From: an uncultured Clostridia bacterium
GTDB taxonomy: Bacteria > Bacillota > Clostridia > Christensenellales > CAG-314
Direction of reading: 5' to 3'
Length of the DNA stretch: 64,000 bases
NCBI GenBank assembly: GCA_947628135.1
Contig: CANQYT010000006.1
Location: forward strand, 8,989 to 72,988
Shown here: positions 1 to 10,518 of the stretch, piece after piece
How the letters are laid out: the number at the start of each line of letters is the position of its first letter
Numbering within the stretch: the stretch's first letter is position 1
Program-made: the position numbers and the translations under genes
The notes under the pieces: generated by a model
What the model was told of the DNA's origin: nothing
Database searches by the model: none
Seen by the model: only the letters and a program-made list of their open reading frames with translations

Positions 1-170
1 CTGATCTCCTCCAACCCCGCGATCATTCTGAGGGTAGTGGATTTGCCGCAACCCGAAGGACCGACGAACACGACGAACTCTTTGTCGTGTATTTCGAGGT
101 TGAAGTCGTGGACCGCACGGACTCCGCCGGGGTACACTTTTGCAATGTTTTTGAGTGATATGTTTGCCAT
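1..170 (-). CDS. msmX: Sugar ABC transporter ATP-binding protein (MsmX/MalK family), N-terminal part, runs off the window edge
   Basis: Manual translation from ATG at 170: [56 protein letters not shown] (Walker A); GGAGGAG SD upstream; not in the ORF track. Confidence 0.9.
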   Translation of the reverse strand, partial: MANISLKNIAKVYPGGVRAVHDFNLEIHDKEFVVFVGPSGCGKSTTLRMIAGLEEI

Positions 171-247
171 TTGCTCCTCCTAAATGGTGACTGTTTTGCC
201 ACACTGATTTTTTGTTTTGTATGTTTTCCGCACGAGGCGGTTGTTGC

Positions 248-1486
248 TTACTCTGTCGGCTTGGACACGAAACCGAGTTTGCGCATTGCCGAACGAATTT
301 CCGAAAGGGAATTGAAATACTTCCACACTGTACGCTTGTAGTAGTTAGCGCCCATAAGCAGCGTTATGCCCTTGTCTATGCCGATGTAGCACTTGGCGCT
401 CCAACCCTCGGCGGCATTGAAACTGTCGTAAAGCCCGTAACGACCGTTGAGAGCGGCGCATTGTTTGTAAAGGTGCGCCAAGTCGAGCGCGTGCTTGTCG
501 TCGAATACGACGCTTGCCAACGCGGCATAGGGCGCAACTGTGCCGTCGGAGACGTTTTCGCTGTTGTTGTTGCCGCTGGGAGTGCTGCCTATGCGGCCGT
601 TGTAGCCGCCGACGACGGCGCAACTGCTCAGACCCCACACGCCCTCGGGGTACAACTTCGGTTGGGAGGCGCAAAACAATCTGTCGTTGCGCACCGCCTT
701 GACGGAGTTGTCGAACCAATCGACGCCGAATGGGTCTGTCTTGCCCTTGAAATCCACAAAGGCGTGACTGAATTGGTGAGCGAACAGACTGCCGAACCAA
801 GTGTGAATGAAGTCTTCGCCGTCCGCCGTTTTGCCCCAAAGTCTGCCAAAGCAGTTGTACGCCTCGTTGGCGCATTGGGCATTGTTGGCTGCCGCCAACA
901 CGTAGATCATCAGTTGCTCGGCGTAGAAATCCCAATGGACGCTCATACCGCTGTCGTAGCGCGCCATAAAGAAGTGCTTGTGCGTGGGGTCGAAGAACCA
1001 ATCCCAATCGGCACGGCGAACCAACTTGCGCGCCAATTTGAGAGTGTTGCTGCCGAAATACGACCCCGCGGTGAGCGCGCCGCAAAACAACAACGCGCTG
1101 TCTATCGTGGAAACCTCGCAGTTGCGGTAGCGTTTGCCCTCCTCAATACCGTAAAAGTGGTACAAGAAGCCGTGATCCTGTTGCAAACCGAGCAATGTTT
1201 CCAACGTGCCGTCGCATATACTCTTGGCGGCGTCGCGCTCTATCCAACCGAAATCCGCGCCCACTGCCATTGCAGCCAGCATAAAGCCGTTTGAGGCAAC
1301 GGAACAGACCTTTCTGCGGTTGGGAACGACGTCGGGCATAAGCCCAAACGTTTGCTGTTTGCGCGAGAAGTTGTCCAGAAAAAACCGAAAGCAACTTTGC
1401 ATTTCGTCCAACAGCGGTTGGTCGCACGGTCTTGTTTTCAAATGCTTGCGGGGCGCGGTCTGCGCGCCGTCGATGTGTGCGTTCAT
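248..1486 (-). CDS. GH144-like (glucoamylase family, PF10091-type) glycoside hydrolase, cytoplasmic; probable beta-1,2-glucanase
   Basis: Motifs EVSTIDSALL, WDFYAEQLMIY, WFGSLFAHQFSHAFVDF, WGLSSC, YIGIDKG; no signal peptide; paralogue of the next gene. Confidence 0.8.
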   Translation of the reverse strand: MNAHIDGAQTAPRKHLKTRPCDQPLLDEMQSCFRFFLDNFSRKQQTFGLMPDVVPNRRKVCSVASNGFMLAAMAVGADFGWIERDAAKSICDGTLETLLGLQQDHGFLYHFYGIEEGKRYRNCEVSTIDSALLFCGALTAGSYFGSNTLKLARKLVRRADWDWFFDPTHKHFFMARYDSGMSVHWDFYAEQLMIYVLAAANNAQCANEAYNCFGRLWGKTADGEDFIHTWFGSLFAHQFSHAFVDFKGKTDPFGVDWFDNSVKAVRNDRLFCASQPKLYPEGVWGLSSCAVVGGYNGRIGSTPSGNNNSENVSDGTVAPYAALASVVFDDKHALDLAHLYKQCAALNGRYGLYDSFNAAEGWSAKCYIGIDKGITLLMGANYYKRTVWKYFNSLSEIRSAMRKLGFVSKPTE

Positions 1487-1492
1487 TTTCTC

Positions 1493-2860
1493 CTATGCGG
1501 CGGTAATGCCCAAAGCGTTAAGCCCGTTTTGCAGATACTCGTTGCCGTTGGTGAGCGTCCAAATACCGTCAGTGACGTAGTTGTACAGCATACAAAGGGT
1601 TATGCCCTTGTCGATGCCGATGTAGGACGAGGCGTAGAAGTTCTTGTCCAGATTGTAACTGTCCACCAACCCGTAGCGACCGTTCAGTTTGCTTTCCTTG
1701 TCGAAAGCGGCAAGCGCTTCCAACGATTGCTTGGGGGTGAACACTACGCTGCCCAGCGCGCCGCAGGGCGCAACCGTCGCCACGTTGGGAAGATAGGCGT
1801 TGCGCTCGTCGGGGGCGGCTTGGGAAGGATCCCAACCGCGGATACCGCTGCCGATAAAGCCGCAGTAGCCGCTTACGCCGTCGCAAGCCGTCAGACCCCA
1901 CACGCCGTTGCGGAAAGTTTTGTGGACGCCGGAGTTGTCCTTGCAGTACTCGTAGTCGGCAAGGGACGCCTGAACGGAATTTTCCCACCAATCTGTGCCT
2001 TGCTCGTCTTTTTTGTTGCGGAAATCGATAAAGGCGTGACTGAACTGATAGGTGAATATGCTGCCGAACCAACTGTAATAGAATCTGTGACCGTTGTAGT
2101 TGCCCCGTTTGCGCGTGAAAGCGTAGTACTCGGAGTCGTCAAGACGGTAAGCCTGGTTGGGGCTGCCCGCGCCGAGGACGTAGATCATCAACTGCTCTGC
2201 GTAGAAATCCCACGGACCGCTGGGCGTGTTGCCGTTAAACGTCATAGCAATGCAGGGCTGTGTGCCGTTTTTGAGCCGCATAGACGTCCAATCGACGTTG
2301 GAATAGATTTGATTTGCCAACCTCTCCGTCTCTCCGCCGAAGTACTCCGCGGCTGTAAGCGCGCCGCACAGCATTATTGCCGTGTCGATGGAGGAATACT
2401 CGCTGTTGGGCGAGGGCTGCGCCGTGGTCATATCCAAAAAGTGGGTAAAGAAACCGTTTTTGGTGGCTTTGGACTCGGGGTCGGTTTGAAGGGTGAGCAG
2501 CGTGTTGAGAGTACCCTCGACGCGCGCTTGCGCCTCCGTCTTGGTTACATAGCCCCGCTCTGCGCCGATGACGTAGGCGGCAAGACCGAAGCCTACCGAA
2601 GCGATGGACGCAGGGCTGTCGTTGTCGCCGTACGCCTGCACGTAATTTGCGCGATCGGCAACAAGACCGTAGGCGGGAGAACCCTCGCGCGTTTGCGTTT
2701 CGTTCCAGAAGAAATCAAAACTGCCGCGCATTTCCTTGTCTATCAAATTGCCGTACTTGTTTATCAACTGCTCCTTGGTGGGCTCGCCGCAGGCGGCAAA
2801 GCACCCCAACAGCAGAAGGACAAGCAGTATTATACATATGGGTTGGAGATATTTCTTCAT
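1493..2860 (-). CDS. GH144-like glycoside hydrolase, lipoprotein; probable extracellular beta-1,2-glucanase
   Basis: Signal peptide with lipobox FAAC; SIASVGFGL, EYSSIDTAIMLCG, WDFYAEQ, FTYQFSHAFIDF, WGLTACDG, YIGIDKG. Confidence 0.8.
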   Translation of the reverse strand: MKKYLQPICIILLVLLLLGCFAACGEPTKEQLINKYGNLIDKEMRGSFDFFWNETQTREGSPAYGLVADRANYVQAYGDNDSPASIASVGFGLAAYVIGAERGYVTKTEAQARVEGTLNTLLTLQTDPESKATKNGFFTHFLDMTTAQPSPNSEYSSIDTAIMLCGALTAAEYFGGETERLANQIYSNVDWTSMRLKNGTQPCIAMTFNGNTPSGPWDFYAEQLMIYVLGAGSPNQAYRLDDSEYYAFTRKRGNYNGHRFYYSWFGSIFTYQFSHAFIDFRNKKDEQGTDWWENSVQASLADYEYCKDNSGVHKTFRNGVWGLTACDGVSGYCGFIGSGIRGWDPSQAAPDERNAYLPNVATVAPCGALGSVVFTPKQSLEALAAFDKESKLNGRYGLVDSYNLDKNFYASSYIGIDKGITLCMLYNYVTDGIWTLTNGNEYLQNGLNALGITAA

Positions 2861-2870
2861 ATAGCCTCTC

Positions 2871-4478
2871 TTATTCGCCCGTTATACCCGCTTTGTCTAT
2901 GCCGTCGACAAAGTACTTTTGGGTGAAGAAGAACATTATTATCAGCGGCAACACGTTGAGAAGCGTGCCTGCCATATAGATAGCGTCGTTGACGGATTTG
3001 CCCGTTGTGGAATCTGCACCGCCTCCGAAGGCGTTGTTGAATGCCTCTCTGAAACGCTGCAACTGCAAGGGCAGGGTGTAATCGGGCTGTCCGATATACA
3101 CCTGAGTAAGTACCGTCTCGTTGTAGTACCACACCACCGAAAGCAGGAAACTGAGCAGTATTGCGGGTACGGCGGCGGGCAGACCTATGCGGGTGAATAT
3201 CTGGAAAGAATTTGCACCGTCGATCTTGGCTGCCTCCACGACGGAATCGGGTATGCCGCGGAAGAATTGATAGAATATCAATATGAATACCGCAGATTTT
3301 ATTCCTTGACCCAATGCCGCGGGCACAATGAAACTAAGCACGTTACCCGAGAAATGCAGGTTGGTAAAGATGACCAACTGCGGGAACATTGTAAGTTGCG
3401 GCGGAATGATAAAGGTGAGTATTATCAGACCGAACAGCACCTTTTTGCCCGGGAAGCGGAAACGCGCAAGACCGTAGGCTGTAAGACAGCAAGCCGCCGT
3501 TTGGAACAGCGCGGGCAACACCGAAATGTACGCCGTGCGAGCAAGCGTACCGAAAAAGTTGACCGCCTGCGCCGCTTCGCTGTAATTGCTCCATTTCCAC
3601 TCCGTGGGCCAATAGGTGACCAACGGGTTGATGACGTCGCTTTCGCCCATCAACGAATAAGCAAGCATATACAGCATCGGGTAGATGTACACAAAGCCGA
3701 ACAATATGAGCAACGTGTAGCATACGATGAGTTGAATCGCGCCTTTCTTTTCGTTGTTGCCGAGAAGCGCGGTTTTCCACTCGTCCTTGGTGCGGCGGCG
3801 GAAGAAATGCGCAAAACGGCTTCTCATCAGAGTAACCTCGTCCACCTCTGCCTCTGCGTCCTCTTCGGAGTCGGCAAAGACGGGCTGTTCTTCGGCGTTG
3901 TCCGTTGCAACGTCGGCTGTGACGGCAACGGACTTGGGAGTCGCAGTGACCGTTGCCTCGTCAATAGTCGTTTGCTCGGCGGGCAGAGTCCCTTCGGGGG
4001 TTTCGGCTGCCTTTTCGGCACGGCGACGGGCGCGCTTTTGCGCCGCTTTGAGTTTTGCCTCTACGCACAGCGTCCACAGCATTTTGAAGAATACGCCTAC
4101 GTTTTTGAAAAATCTGACGGTCTTGTGCCAGGCGTTTACCCAAAAATCACGGATACGATGTCCCAAACCGACAAAGTAATTGCGTATTTTGCCGCCCAAC
4201 ATCACAAAGAAATTTTTTAAGCGCTCGCCGAAACTCTCTTTTTCGGATTCGGTTTCGGGTGCGGCGTCCTCGGTTGAAGCGTCCTGTGCGGGGGACGCGG
4301 TGGTCGGGGTCTCGGCGGTTTCGGCTGCCTCCGTAAGAGTTTCCTGCGCCGCGGGCATATCGGCGACATCTACCGACTGCTCTGTCGGTTCAACGTCCGC
4401 CGCGCGCTGTTCGTCGAGATTTTGCAGCGCTTCATTGTTGAGACTTTCGTCTTTCGGGGCGTGAATGCGTTTTTTCAT
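2871..4478 (-). CDS. Carbohydrate ABC permease (MalG-like) with a long N-terminal extension
   Basis: EAA motif VVEAAKIDGAN, multiple TM helices; start set at ATG 4478 (GAGGG SD, ATGA overlap with the upstream stop). Confidence 0.9.
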   Translation of the reverse strand: MKKRIHAPKDESLNNEALQNLDEQRAADVEPTEQSVDVADMPAAQETLTEAAETAETPTTASPAQDASTEDAAPETESEKESFGERLKNFFVMLGGKIRNYFVGLGHRIRDFWVNAWHKTVRFFKNVGVFFKMLWTLCVEAKLKAAQKRARRRAEKAAETPEGTLPAEQTTIDEATVTATPKSVAVTADVATDNAEEQPVFADSEEDAEAEVDEVTLMRSRFAHFFRRRTKDEWKTALLGNNEKKGAIQLIVCYTLLILFGFVYIYPMLYMLAYSLMGESDVINPLVTYWPTEWKWSNYSEAAQAVNFFGTLARTAYISVLPALFQTAACCLTAYGLARFRFPGKKVLFGLIILTFIIPPQLTMFPQLVIFTNLHFSGNVLSFIVPAALGQGIKSAVFILIFYQFFRGIPDSVVEAAKIDGANSFQIFTRIGLPAAVPAILLSFLLSVVWYYNETVLTQVYIGQPDYTLPLQLQRFREAFNNAFGGGADSTTGKSVNDAIYMAGTLLNVLPLIIMFFFTQKYFVDGIDKAGITGE

Positions 4479-5359
4479 TTCTTCACCCTCCTTTCGTGTT
4501 TTTTGAAGATCAGCACGGACAAACCGAGAAGCGCGAGCATCACTATAAAGTAGATCCACGCCATTGCAGACGAGTATCCGAAGCCGCCTGTCGCGCCTTG
4601 CTGCGTGTAGGCGCTTGTTATGCGCATTACTATCGGGTTGAGGGAGAACACCGACTGCATTACTACCGTGAATACCACGTTAAGCACGATAGTCGGGTTG
4701 AGCGCAGGCAGGGTGAGTTTCCAGAACATCTCCCACTTGGACGCGCCGTCTATCTGCGCCGCCTCGTACATATTTTTGTCCATCTTTTGCAGACCCGTCA
4801 TAAACACCAATATCTGAATACCGCTGAACCACAGTATCATTATGAATTCGCTCGTGAGGAATTGCAGCGCGTCCAACAGGAACTGCGGCACAGTGCCCGC
4901 AAGCGACTCGAAATTGATGAGTTCCTCTATACCCGGGAAGGACGCAACGCCCTGCTCGATAAAGATACCGATGACCGGACCGCTGGTGATGATAACGGGC
5001 AAAAAGAATACCGTACGGAAAAATCCCGTGCCCTTCAACTTGCTGTTGAGCAACATAGCAAGTATCAGCGATATTACCGTGATGACAGGTACGTACAGCA
5101 CCAACTTGATGACGTAGTCTTTGATGTCATTGAGGAAATCCGTATCCTTGGTCAACGCGTAGATATAGTTGCTGAATCCCACGCTCTCCGTTTGGAAGCC
5201 CGAATCCACGCTGACGTTGCTGAAACTGAAAATCAGAGTTTGTATTATCGGGTAGAGGGTGAACACCATAAAGCCCACAAGCCACAGGGCGCAAAAACCG
5301 TATCCCGACAATATATCTGAACGCGAATATTGAGTTTTGGGTTTTTTGTTGTTTTTCAT
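4475..5359 (-). CDS. Carbohydrate ABC permease (MalF-like)
   Basis: EAA motif MYEAAQIDGAS, about 6 TM segments. Confidence 0.92.
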   Translation of the reverse strand: MKNNKKPKTQYSRSDILSGYGFCALWLVGFMVFTLYPIIQTLIFSFSNVSVDSGFQTESVGFSNYIYALTKDTDFLNDIKDYVIKLVLYVPVITVISLILAMLLNSKLKGTGFFRTVFFLPVIITSGPVIGIFIEQGVASFPGIEELINFESLAGTVPQFLLDALQFLTSEFIMILWFSGIQILVFMTGLQKMDKNMYEAAQIDGASKWEMFWKLTLPALNPTIVLNVVFTVVMQSVFSLNPIVMRITSAYTQQGATGGFGYSSAMAWIYFIVMLALLGLSVLIFKKHERRVKK

Positions 5360-5391
5360 AGCCGTTTAGAATTGTTTTTGATTTTCGTCGG

Positions 5392-7518
5392 TCATTGTAC
5401 CGCTACGGCAGATTGCGCTTCCACCGTCACGCCGTTGTAGACGTAGGGTTGAGAGGAATAGTTGACTACCGTTTTGTAACCGTTGGAATAGGTGTTGATA
5501 TACACCTCTTGTCCGTCCGCCTTTTCTCTGCGAATTATCTGCGCGCCTACCACGTTTTGCAGTACGGCGCTGACGTCCTCATAGGTCTGACGCACGGTAT
5601 AACTCCAAACTTCGTAGGAGGAGGTGAATATGCTTTGACTGTCCGTGCCGTAAAGTTCGATGGCGTCCTCCTTGGTGAGAACAAAGGAGGGATACACGTT
5701 GCTGTCGATGAGGCGCAATGTGAGACTCGTGCCCGTGTAGTCCAAATTGAGCGCTGTGGAGTACATCGGGACGTAGCCGCCCAACACCATCTGCAAGAAA
5801 GGTACGCTTTCCGTCTCGATGAGGTAGGCGGAGTACTCGATGGGCGTGTCGATGTAACTGTCCATAACGTTGAACATATAACTGTTGGGGTTGGACAGCG
5901 CAATGCTCACACCGGCGTTTTTGACAAGTTCTACCGTTTGCTTGATGAGATCGGTGCGGGTGAACGCTTCCGTCTTGTAACCGCCGAACAGCAAGCCTCC
6001 GAGGTTGGTCGCCTCCAAACCCGCGTTGTAACCGTCCAGGCGGGAAACGTCGTTTTTTAAAAGCTTCGCCGTGTAGGAGGGTTTCAGCAAACTGAAAGTG
6101 GCGGTAGAACCCGCACGGGTGTCATTCAGCACAACGAACTGTTCAGAAATGTTCTGCACCAAGTTGGCGTTGGAAACTCCCGCTCTGTCGTAGGCGCGAA
6201 CGTAATCCACGGTAAAGTTGAAAGGCACATCCAACATAGCAAGTCTCGAACCCAAGTTGCGATAGCCCGCTTTGTTCGCCATAGGGAATACCGACGGCTT
6301 TGAGCCGCCCAAACCGCCGCGTTGATAGCCCGTGACCGCAACCGTAAGCCCCTTGCAGTAGTAGGAGACGCTTTCCGCCGTTTGAAGCACAAAGTCGGGG
6401 TCGGTCATATTGACGGTCTCGCGTCCGAACATCGAGGGCTTGTTGTCTGCCATCAAGAATTGCAAACGCATACCCACATTGTCGACCTTCTTCTTGTCGA
6501 GGTCGAGATAGTTGTCGCGATAGAGCGCGGCAACGTCGGCAATGTTGACGTCGGGTTCGCTCATCAAGTTGAAGTCCACACAGGCGTCAAAGTGGTTGCG
6601 CTCATCCTGAAAATCGTTGGTGTGAGTTTTGGAATCGAGAAAACGGTCGTACTCCTGACGATAGATGAAGCGGAAACCCGTGCGGTTGTAAGGTATACGC
6701 GAAATACCGCTTGTACCGGCGGTGATGTTGGCGTACTCCGCACCCTCGGCAGCCACCGTCATAGTGCTGTGATCGCTGTACATTGTGGCAACCACGGGCA
6801 TTGTGATGCGATGCGGCTCGTTTGCGCGCGAGGTGGGCGCAGTGATGCCGATGTCGTTGCCGTACACGCGTTGAGAGTACTCGTTTTGAGCGTTGCCCGG
6901 CGTGTTGAGGTCGATGAGCGCGCCGCTGCCGTCGGGAATGAATATTTTGCCGCCCTCAACGGTCTGATAACTGCTGTCGAAGTAGGGATAGATGGCAATT
7001 TGCTCCAACTTGTAGGCGGACGTTTCCTTTATCGACGAATCGGGCACGGTGACGCTTAACTTGTCGCCGGTCAAGCGCACCTCCACCTTGAAGGAGATGC
7101 TTATGTCCGTCAGACGAACGGTGGCGTCAAAGCCGTCTCCCCTTTCCACAAATTCACGTTCCCTGATGGGCTGTGTGGTGATACGCGTGATGGGACGATC
7201 GTACCGAGTGGAGTTGCCTCTGCGGAAAGAACGATACATCACATACAGCCCGTCCTCGATGTTTTTGTCGTTAGTCTCGGCGTCGTCGGGGTCTAACTTG
7301 CCGCTTGTCCATTCGATATCGCCCTTTTTGAGGGAGAGATTGAGGTTTGACTTGTTGACGGTGAGTTCGTAGTCGCCAACGGTGCAGGTGTAGAAGCCTT
7401 CCGCACCGCCGCCTTCCTCCGCAAGCGTAGAAGGCTCGCTCTCGGCGGCGATGGCTACGCCGACCGTGGAGCAGACGACAACTATTGCCAACAGGAGAAA
7501 TAACAGTTTTTTACGCAT
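5392..7518 (-). CDS. Secreted DUF5696-like protein (possible glycoside-hydrolase-like fold)
   Basis: Signal peptide MRKKLLFLLLAIVVV..AIA; motifs IFIPDGSGALI, VYGND, ETESVPFLQMVL typical of the family seen in NHL/YIP1 ABC clusters. Confidence 0.65.
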   Translation of the reverse strand: MRKKLLFLLLAIVVVCSTVGVAIAAESEPSTLAEEGGGAEGFYTCTVGDYELTVNKSNLNLSLKKGDIEWTSGKLDPDDAETNDKNIEDGLYVMYRSFRRGNSTRYDRPITRITTQPIREREFVERGDGFDATVRLTDISISFKVEVRLTGDKLSVTVPDSSIKETSAYKLEQIAIYPYFDSSYQTVEGGKIFIPDGSGALIDLNTPGNAQNEYSQRVYGNDIGITAPTSRANEPHRITMPVVATMYSDHSTMTVAAEGAEYANITAGTSGISRIPYNRTGFRFIYRQEYDRFLDSKTHTNDFQDERNHFDACVDFNLMSEPDVNIADVAALYRDNYLDLDKKKVDNVGMRLQFLMADNKPSMFGRETVNMTDPDFVLQTAESVSYYCKGLTVAVTGYQRGGLGGSKPSVFPMANKAGYRNLGSRLAMLDVPFNFTVDYVRAYDRAGVSNANLVQNISEQFVVLNDTRAGSTATFSLLKPSYTAKLLKNDVSRLDGYNAGLEATNLGGLLFGGYKTEAFTRTDLIKQTVELVKNAGVSIALSNPNSYMFNVMDSYIDTPIEYSAYLIETESVPFLQMVLGGYVPMYSTALNLDYTGTSLTLRLIDSNVYPSFVLTKEDAIELYGTDSQSIFTSSYEVWSYTVRQTYEDVSAVLQNVVGAQIIRREKADGQEVYINTYSNGYKTVVNYSSQPYVYNGVTVEAQSAVAVQ

Positions 7519-9586
7519 TTGTGAACATCTCCCTGAACAATGACGCAAAGTAACCGAAGAATTGGGTTACCAACATACGCAGCACAATGATGAAAAGAAT
7601 CGCCATTGCGAAGGCAAACACCGTGAGAATTACATTCTTGATTGCTTGCCAGAAGGTGTAGTCGTGCAGTTCCATTATCGCACGGAACACGCAAACCGCG
7701 CTCCATCCGTAGATAACGACCATCATAACATCGTAGATTATTTGCTCGTTGTAGGTCAAAAACCTACTTATTACGAACATTGGCAGCGCAAGTATCAGAT
7801 AGGGCGCAAGCGCATATATGAAGGAGATGAAGCAGTACTTCAACTTGCCCTCGCCGTCCGTTACCGTACTTACGAAGTAGTTGCACAGCACCAATCCCAA
7901 CAGCACTGCCGTAGAGGTAAGCACGATGCGCAAAGCGTTGCTGTTGTACACGCTGTTGTTGTTGAACAGGTAGCCCGTTACGATGACGCTGAGCAACTGC
8001 AACACCACAAACCACACGTACAGCACTATCGCCGACCAGACGCTTGTGGCGCTGTGGTACTTGGTTTGGTATACCGCGTCGGGCGTGGATTTGAAGTAAG
8101 CGCCCGTGTACAGCAGTTCGCGCACTATCTTGACGTTCTTGACCTTGCCCGCACCTTTCTTGATGGGCGCAAGTAACTTGGGCTTCTTTTTGTCCAATAT
8201 CTTCCACACCACAAACAGCGCTATCAGCACAAGTATCACCGAAACTATCCAGGCAATATTTTTTTGCAACCAATCGTTGCGGATCTCCCAATATGCCTCG
8301 GAATAACCCGCCTTGTCCTCGGCAAGCTTAAACTGCCTCAGAGCCGTCTGGTAGTCGCCCCTCTTCATACTTGCGCGAGCCAACGCTTTGTAGGAGACGA
8401 TGAAACTGCTGTTAAGCCGCAAAATGTTTTTCCAAAGCCCTTCGCCTTCGAGGTACAGACCGTCCTTGTAGTAACGCACTGCCTCAAATACCTTTTCGGC
8501 AAATTCGGTGCGTTCGTAGCGTACTATCATATTGTACTTGGAGTCCAACACTATCAAACTGCCGTCTTTGAGTACGCTTATCGCCTTGGGGGAAACCAAA
8601 CTGCCCAAACGTTCGTCGATGTCCTCTCCGCCGAAGCAGAACAGCAGATCGCCGTAACTGTCGAACACCGCGATGTGCCCGTCGGAGGTGACGGAATAAA
8701 TGTTCTCGTCCTCGTCGATGCTTATCGCCTCTGTGTTGGAGTAGTTGACCGACGGCGACATAATGGCGTTGCCCAACGTGTTGAGTTTTTTGACCGTGTT
8801 CTGAAAAGCGTTGTTCGTCACCGTGTAGATGAGTCCTCTGCTGCTGATTGCAACGTTGGTGGGCGTACGCGGTGCGGAAAGGAACAACTCCTTTTGCTCC
8901 TTGGAGAAGAACAGGTTCTGGAAGAAAGATTGGAAAGTAGACTCCGTCTCGTTTGCGCCGACGTATCCTACAAACTCGCTTGTAAACGTGCCGTCCGACT
9001 GTTCCTGCAAGTTGAGTTGCATAAGACCGGAAACGCACCCCTTGCTGACGAGGTAAATGTTGCCGCGGTTGTCCACTTTGAGTTTTTGCGGAACAAAGGG
9101 GGTTTCCGCGCCGACAAGCGGATTGTCGGGACGCCCCACTTCGCCGCGCAGTTCGCCCGTTGTTTTGTCAAAGACGTATATCTTTTGATTGGTCTCATCC
9201 GCAACGTAAAGCCAATCGCCGCTTATCGCAACGCCCGTCGGCTTGGAGAGCGTGCCTCTGCCTATCACAGACGAGTCTGTGCCGTCAAGGATCTTTTCCT
9301 CGCCGTCAATATCCAGCACCTGCACGCATTGCGTGATGGGATCGGCAATGTAGATGCTGTCGTTGTCCTCGTCCACCGCCATATCCATTTCGGGCACGGT
9401 GTCCTCCACTGTGCCGGGCAAAATAGTTTTGCCCGTGGGAGTGTAGGCGGTCTGCGTGGGCACGATACTACCCTCCGGTCCGACGGTCTCGGTGGAATAG
9501 GGCACGGCAAAGGCAATCGAAGGCATTGCGACCACAGCGATCGTCGCTAACACAAGGATTGCAATTACTATATACCAACGTTTCAC
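7511..9586 (-). CDS. NHL-repeat beta-propeller + TPR-like + YIP1-like multipass membrane protein
   Basis: GTG start at 9586 with GGAGG SD; signal peptide; NHL repeats (LSKPTGVAISGDWLYVADETNQKI, FVPQKLKVDNRGNIYLV); TPR-like helices; 1+5 TM C-terminus. Confidence 0.8.
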   Translation of the reverse strand: MKRWYIVIAILVLATIAVVAMPSIAFAVPYSTETVGPEGSIVPTQTAYTPTGKTILPGTVEDTVPEMDMAVDEDNDSIYIADPITQCVQVLDIDGEEKILDGTDSSVIGRGTLSKPTGVAISGDWLYVADETNQKIYVFDKTTGELRGEVGRPDNPLVGAETPFVPQKLKVDNRGNIYLVSKGCVSGLMQLNLQEQSDGTFTSEFVGYVGANETESTFQSFFQNLFFSKEQKELFLSAPRTPTNVAISSRGLIYTVTNNAFQNTVKKLNTLGNAIMSPSVNYSNTEAISIDEDENIYSVTSDGHIAVFDSYGDLLFCFGGEDIDERLGSLVSPKAISVLKDGSLIVLDSKYNMIVRYERTEFAEKVFEAVRYYKDGLYLEGEGLWKNILRLNSSFIVSYKALARASMKRGDYQTALRQFKLAEDKAGYSEAYWEIRNDWLQKNIAWIVSVILVLIALFVVWKILDKKKPKLLAPIKKGAGKVKNVKIVRELLYTGAYFKSTPDAVYQTKYHSATSVWSAIVLYVWFVVLQLLSVIVTGYLFNNNSVYNSNALRIVLTSTAVLLGLVLCNYFVSTVTDGEGKLKYCFISFIYALAPYLILALPMFVISRFLTYNEQIIYDVMMVVIYGWSAVCVFRAIMELHDYTFWQAIKNVILTVFAFAMAILFIIVLRMLVTQFFGYFASLFREMFTNA

Positions 9587-9630
9587 AAAGAAACCTCCGT
9601 AATTCTTTTTCGTAAATTTGCCTTTTGTTT

Positions 9631-10503
9631 TTACTTGATACCCGAGTGCGCCATTGTGTCCATAACCTTGCTCTGCATACAAATAAATATGATGAGGTTG
9701 GGCAGGAACATTATCAGCGCGCTTGCCGCCGTTATACCTTGCGTCACCGTGGACGAGCCTCCCGATGAGAACGTCGTGATGTAGTAGGCAAAGGTTTTGA
9801 GACTTTCGTTGTTAATGTACAGTGTGGAAGCCTCCACGTTGCCCCACGCCGACTGGAAGGACAGTATCGCCACCGTCGCAAGAGCCGGACGAACCATAGG
9901 AATGATGACTTTGAACAATATCGTCCACTCTCCCGCGCCGTCCATTTTGGCAGCCTCTATCAAAGGATCGGGGATCTGGTCCACAAACTGTTTGAGCAGG
10001 AACACGCCTATCGGCATTGCTATTATCGGCAGAATGTTGGCGACGAATCTGTCCACCAAGCCGAGGTTTACGATGATGATGAAGCGCGGTATCGACACTG
10101 CGATAGGCACAAACATCAGTGCAAGCGTGTTTATCTCAAACAGGACGTTTCTGCCCTTGAAGTTCTTTTTGGAAAGCACGTAGCCCGCCGAAACGGCAAG
10201 GAATATGCTTACCACCACCGTCAGCACCGTGACGATAATGGAGTTGAACAGATACCGCGCCGCCGGCACGGACGAACCCGCCATCAACTCAAACAACGCT
10301 TTGTAGTTGTCCCACGTGGGATTTTTTACAAAGAAGCTGGGCGGGAATTTGAACAATTCGTCCGCAGGCTTGAATGCCGTTGTAAAAATGTAAATGATGG
10401 GCAGCACCATAAACACCGCAAAGGGCAACAGTATGATGTAAAACTTTAATTGACTGATGTGGAAATGCTTGGGATTTATCTTTTTTCCTTGAAATGACGC
10501 CAT
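9631..10503 (-). CDS. Carbohydrate ABC permease (MalG-like)
   Basis: EAA motif LIEAAKMDGAG, TM helices. Confidence 0.92.
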   Translation of the reverse strand: MASFQGKKINPKHFHISQLKFYIILLPFAVFMVLPIIYIFTTAFKPADELFKFPPSFFVKNPTWDNYKALFELMAGSSVPAARYLFNSIIVTVLTVVVSIFLAVSAGYVLSKKNFKGRNVLFEINTLALMFVPIAVSIPRFIIIVNLGLVDRFVANILPIIAMPIGVFLLKQFVDQIPDPLIEAAKMDGAGEWTILFKVIIPMVRPALATVAILSFQSAWGNVEASTLYINNESLKTFAYYITTFSSGGSSTVTQGITAASALIMFLPNLIIFICMQSKVMDTMAHSGIK

Positions 10504-10518
10504 TTTGTACCTCCTCTA

